NCBI GenBank assembly: GCA_032718475.1 | Contig: JAUCBJ010003364.1 | Location: forward strand, 1 to 42,668 | Origin: Nemertoderma westbladi | Lineage: Eukaryota > Animalia > Xenacoelomorpha | Length of the DNA: 42,668 nucleotides | Direction: 5' to 3' | Notes under the pieces: generated by a model | Database searches by the model: none | Seen by the model: the letters and a program-made list of their open reading frames with translations, nothing else | Told to the model about the DNA's origin: nothing | Part shown: in pieces, positions 38,901-42,668 of the stretch | How positions within the stretch are numbered: the stretch's first letter is position 1 | Layout of the letters: each line of letters begins with the position of its first letter | Translations under genes and position numbers: made by a program

Positions 38901-41900
38901 TAGGTGAGTAAATAAACAGATAATGGCAACCAACGTTAGGAGAGTAAATAAACAGATAATGGCAACCAAAGTTCGGTGAGTAAATAAACAGATAATGGCA
39001 ACCAACGTTAGGTGAGTAAATAAACAGATAATGGCAACCAACGTTAGGTGAGTAAATAAACAGATAATGGCAACCAACGTTATGTGAGTAAATAAACAGA
39101 TAATGGAAACCAACGTTAGGTGAGAAAATAAACAGATAATGGCAACCAACGTTAGGTGAGTAAATAAACAGATAATGGCAACCAACGTTAGGAGAGTAAA
39201 TAAACAGATAATGGCAACCAAAGTTCGGTGAGTAAATAAACAGATAATGGCAACCAACGTTAGGTGAGTAAATAAACAGATAATGGCAACCAACGTTAGG
39301 AGAGTAAATAAACAGATAATGGCAACCAACGTTAGGTGAGTAAAGAAACAGATAATGGCAACCAACGTTAGGTGAGTAAATAAACAGATAATGGCAACCA
39401 ACTTTAGGAGAGTAAATAAACAGATAATGGCAACCAAAGTTCGGTGAGTAAATAAACAGATAATGGCAACCAACGTTAGGTGAGTAAATAAACAGATAAT
39501 GGCAACCAACGTTAGGTGAGTAAATAAACAGATAATGGCAACCAACGTTAGGTGAGTAAATAAACAGATAATGGCAACCAACGTTAGGTGAGTAAATAAA
39601 CAGATAATGGCAACCAAAGTTCGGTGAGTAAATAAACAGATAATGGCAACCAACGTTAGGTGAGTAAATAAACAGATAATGGCAACCAACGTTAGGTGAG
39701 TAAATAAACAGATAATGGAAACCAACGTTAGGTGAGTAAATAAACAGATAATGGCAACCAACGTTAGGAGAGTAAATAAACAGATAATGGCAACCAAAGT
39801 TCGGTGAGTAAATAAACAGATAATGGCAACCAACGTTAGGAGAGTAAATAAACAGATAATGGCAACCAACGTTAGGTGAGTAAATAAACAGATAATGGCC
39901 GCCAACGTTAGGTGAGTAAATAAACAGATAATGGCCGCCAACGTTATGTGAGTAAATAAACAGATAATGGCCACCAACGTTAGGAGAGTAAATAAACAGA
40001 TAATGGCAACCAACGTTAGGAGAGTAAATAAACAGATAATGGCAACCAACGTTAGGTGAGTAAATAAACAGATAATGGCAACCAACGTTAGGAGAGTAAA
40101 TAAACAGATAATGGAAACCAACGTTAGGTGAGTAAATAAACAGATAATGGCCACCAACGTTAGGTGAGTAAATAAACAGATAATGGCAACCAACGTTAGG
40201 TGAGTAAATAAACAGATAATGGCAACCAACGTTAGGAGAGTAAATAAACAGATAATGGCAACCAACGTTAGGTGAGTAAATAAACAGATAATGGCAACCA
40301 ACGTTAGGTGAGTAAATAAACAGATAATGGCAACCAACGTTAGGTGAGTAAATAAACAGATAATGGCAACCAACGTTAGGTGAGTAAATAAACAGATAAT
40401 GGCAACCAACGTTAGGTGAGTAAATAAACAGATAATGGCAACCAACGTTAGGTGAGTAAATAAACAGATAATGACAACCAACGTTAGGTGAGTAAATAAA
40501 CAGATAATGGCCGCCAACGTTAGGTGAGTAAATAAACAGATAATGGCAACCAACGTTAGGTGAGTCAATAAACAGATAATGGCAACCAACGTTAGGTGAG
40601 TAAATAAACAGATAATGGCAACCAACGTTAGGTGAGTAAATAAACAGATAATGGCAACCAACGTTAGGTGAGTAAATAAACAGATAATGGCCGCCAACGT
40701 TAGGTGAGTAAATAAACAGATAATGGCAACCAACGTTAGGTGAGTCAATAAACAGATAATGGCCACCAACGATAGGTGAGTAAATAAACAGATAATGGCA
40801 ACCAACGTTAGGTGAGTAAATAAACAGATAATGGCCACCAACGATAGGTGAGTAAATAAACAGATAATGGCAACCAACGTTAGGTGAGTAAATAAACAGA
40901 TAATGGCCACCAACGTTAGGTGAGTAAATAAACAGATAATGGCAACCAACGTTAGGTGAGTAAATAAACAGATAATGGCAACCAACGTTAGGTGAGTAAA
41001 TAAACAGATAATGGCAACCAACGTTAGGTGAGTAAATAAACAGATAATGGCAACCAACGTTAGGTGAGTAAATAAACAGATAATGGCCACCAACGTTAGG
41101 TGAGTAAATAAACAGATAATGGCAACCAACGTTAGGTGAGTAAATAAACAGATAATGGCCACCAACGTTAGGTGAGTAAATAAACAGATAATGGCAACCA
41201 ACGTTAGGTGAGTAAATAAACAGATAATGGCAACCAACGTTAGGTGAGTAAATAAACAGATAATGGCCGCCAACGTTAGGTGAGTAAATAAACAGATAAT
41301 GGCAACCAGCGTTAGGTGAGTAAATAAACAGATAATGGCAACCAACGTTAGGTGAGTAAATAAACAGATAATGGCCACCAACGTTAGGTGAGTAAATAAA
41401 CAGATAATGGCCACCAACGATAGGTGAGTAAATAAACAGATAATGGCAACCAACGTTAGGTGAGTAAATAAACAGATAATGGCCACCAACGTTAGGTGAG
41501 TAAATAAACAGATAATGGCAACCAACGTTAGGTGAGTAAATAAACAGATAATGGCAACCAACGTTAGGTGAGTAAATAAACAGATAATGGCAACCAACGT
41601 TAGGTGAGTAAATAAACAGATAATGGCAACCAACGTTAGGTGAGTAAATAAACAGATAATGGCCACCAACGTTAGGTGAGTAAATAAACAGATAATGGCA
41701 ACCAACGTTAGGTGAGTAAATAAACAGATAATGGCCACCAACGTTAGGTGAGTAAATAAACAGATAATGGCAACCAACGTTAGGTGAGTAAATAAACAGA
41801 TAATGGCAACCAACGTTAGGTGAGTAAATAAACAGATAATGGCCGCCAACGTTAGGTGAGTAAATAAACAGATAATGGCAACCAGCGTTAGGTGAGTAAA

Positions 41901-42641
41901 TAAACAGATAATGGCAACCAACGTTAGGTGAGTAAATAAACAGATAATGGCCACCAACGTTAGGTGAGTAAATAAACAGATAATGGCAACCAACGTTAGG
42001 TGAGTAAATAAACAGATAATGGCAACCAACGTTAGGTGAGTAAATAAACAGATAATGGCAACCAACGTTAGGTGAGTAAATAAACAGATAATGGCAACCA
42101 ACGTTAGGTGAGTAAATAAACAGATAATGGCCACCAACGTTAGGTGAGTAAATAAACAGATAATGGCCACCAACGTTAGGTGAGTAAATAAACAGATAAT
42201 GGTAACAAACGTTAGGTGAGTAAATAAACAGATAATGGCAACCAACGTTAGGTGAGTAAATAAACAGATAATGGCCGCCAACGTTAGGTGAGTAAATAAA
42301 CAGATAATGGAAACCAACGTTAGGTGAGTAAATAAACAGATAATGGCAACCAACGTTAGGTGAGTAAATAAACAGATAATGGCCACCAACGTTAAGTGAG
42401 TAAATAAACAGATAATGGCCACCAACGTTAGGTGAGTAAATAAACAGATAATGGCCACCAACGTTAGGTGAGTAAATAAACAGATAATGGCAACCAACGT
42501 TAGGTGAGTAAATAAACAGATAATGGCAACCAACGTTAGGTGAGTAAATAAACAGATAATGGCAACCAACGTTAGGTGAGTAAATAAACAGATAATGGCA
42601 ACCAACGTTAGGTGAGTAAATAAACAGATAATGGCAACCAA
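17897..42641 (+). repeat. 36-bp tandem satellite (~690 copies, ~24.7 kb) derived from the KARS1 exon/intron junction
   Basis: Consensus ATAATGGCAACCAACGTTAGGTGAGTAAATAAACAG repeated head-to-tail without spacers; the first copy overlaps the last 17 nt of the exon (ATAATGGCCAACGCTAG). Confidence 0.99.
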
Positions 42642-42668
42642 TGTGACGGGATCCAGGAGGGATCCCGA

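Noticed and set aside
17863-42641. Giant minus-strand ORFs of ([12 protein letters not shown])n and (YLFIYSPNVGCH)n
   Set aside because: A 36-bp unit is a multiple of 3 and lacks stops in two reverse frames. The ORFs start at arbitrary non-ATG codons, frameshift freely and have no unique domain. The unit is explained by the plus-strand KARS junction.
17897-42641. CRISPR array (36-bp repeats)
   Set aside because: Repeats are directly head-to-tail with no unique spacers, there are no cas genes, and the context is a eukaryotic intron-containing gene.
17897-42641. Telomeric or centromeric repeat (contains TTAGG)
   Set aside because: TTAGG occurs once per 36-mer as part of the splice junction, not as a telomeric run; nothing in the sequence supports centromere function.

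Overview
Eukaryotic (probably invertebrate animal) genomic DNA with spliceosomal introns. The first 17.9 kb holds a complete 3-exon PP2A B55/PR55 regulatory subunit gene (3183-6671, +, 444 aa) and many transposon relics: a hAT MITE with an 8-bp TSD, two TTAA/piggyBac-like MITEs, a Kolobok-like host element, an RTE-like RT fragment, a 5'-truncated CRE-like non-LTR element with a 14-bp TSD, a 180-bp palindrome and several minisatellites. It also holds the 5' part of a lysyl-tRNA synthetase gene (KARS1, +) with a cytosolic first exon and a separate mitochondrial-presequence exon. The remaining ~24.7 kb (17897-42641) is one 36-bp tandem array of about 690 copies by length/36. Its monomer is a copy of the KARS exon/intron junction itself (ATAATGGCAACCAACGTTAG|GTGAGTAAATAAACAG). 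The intron of this housekeeping gene therefore begins with hundreds of near-perfect 5' splice sites, each fused to a TAG and an AATAAA, and only the first donor keeps the reading frame. The huge minus-strand ORFs in the track are artefacts of this repeat. The 3' part of KARS1 is not in the window.
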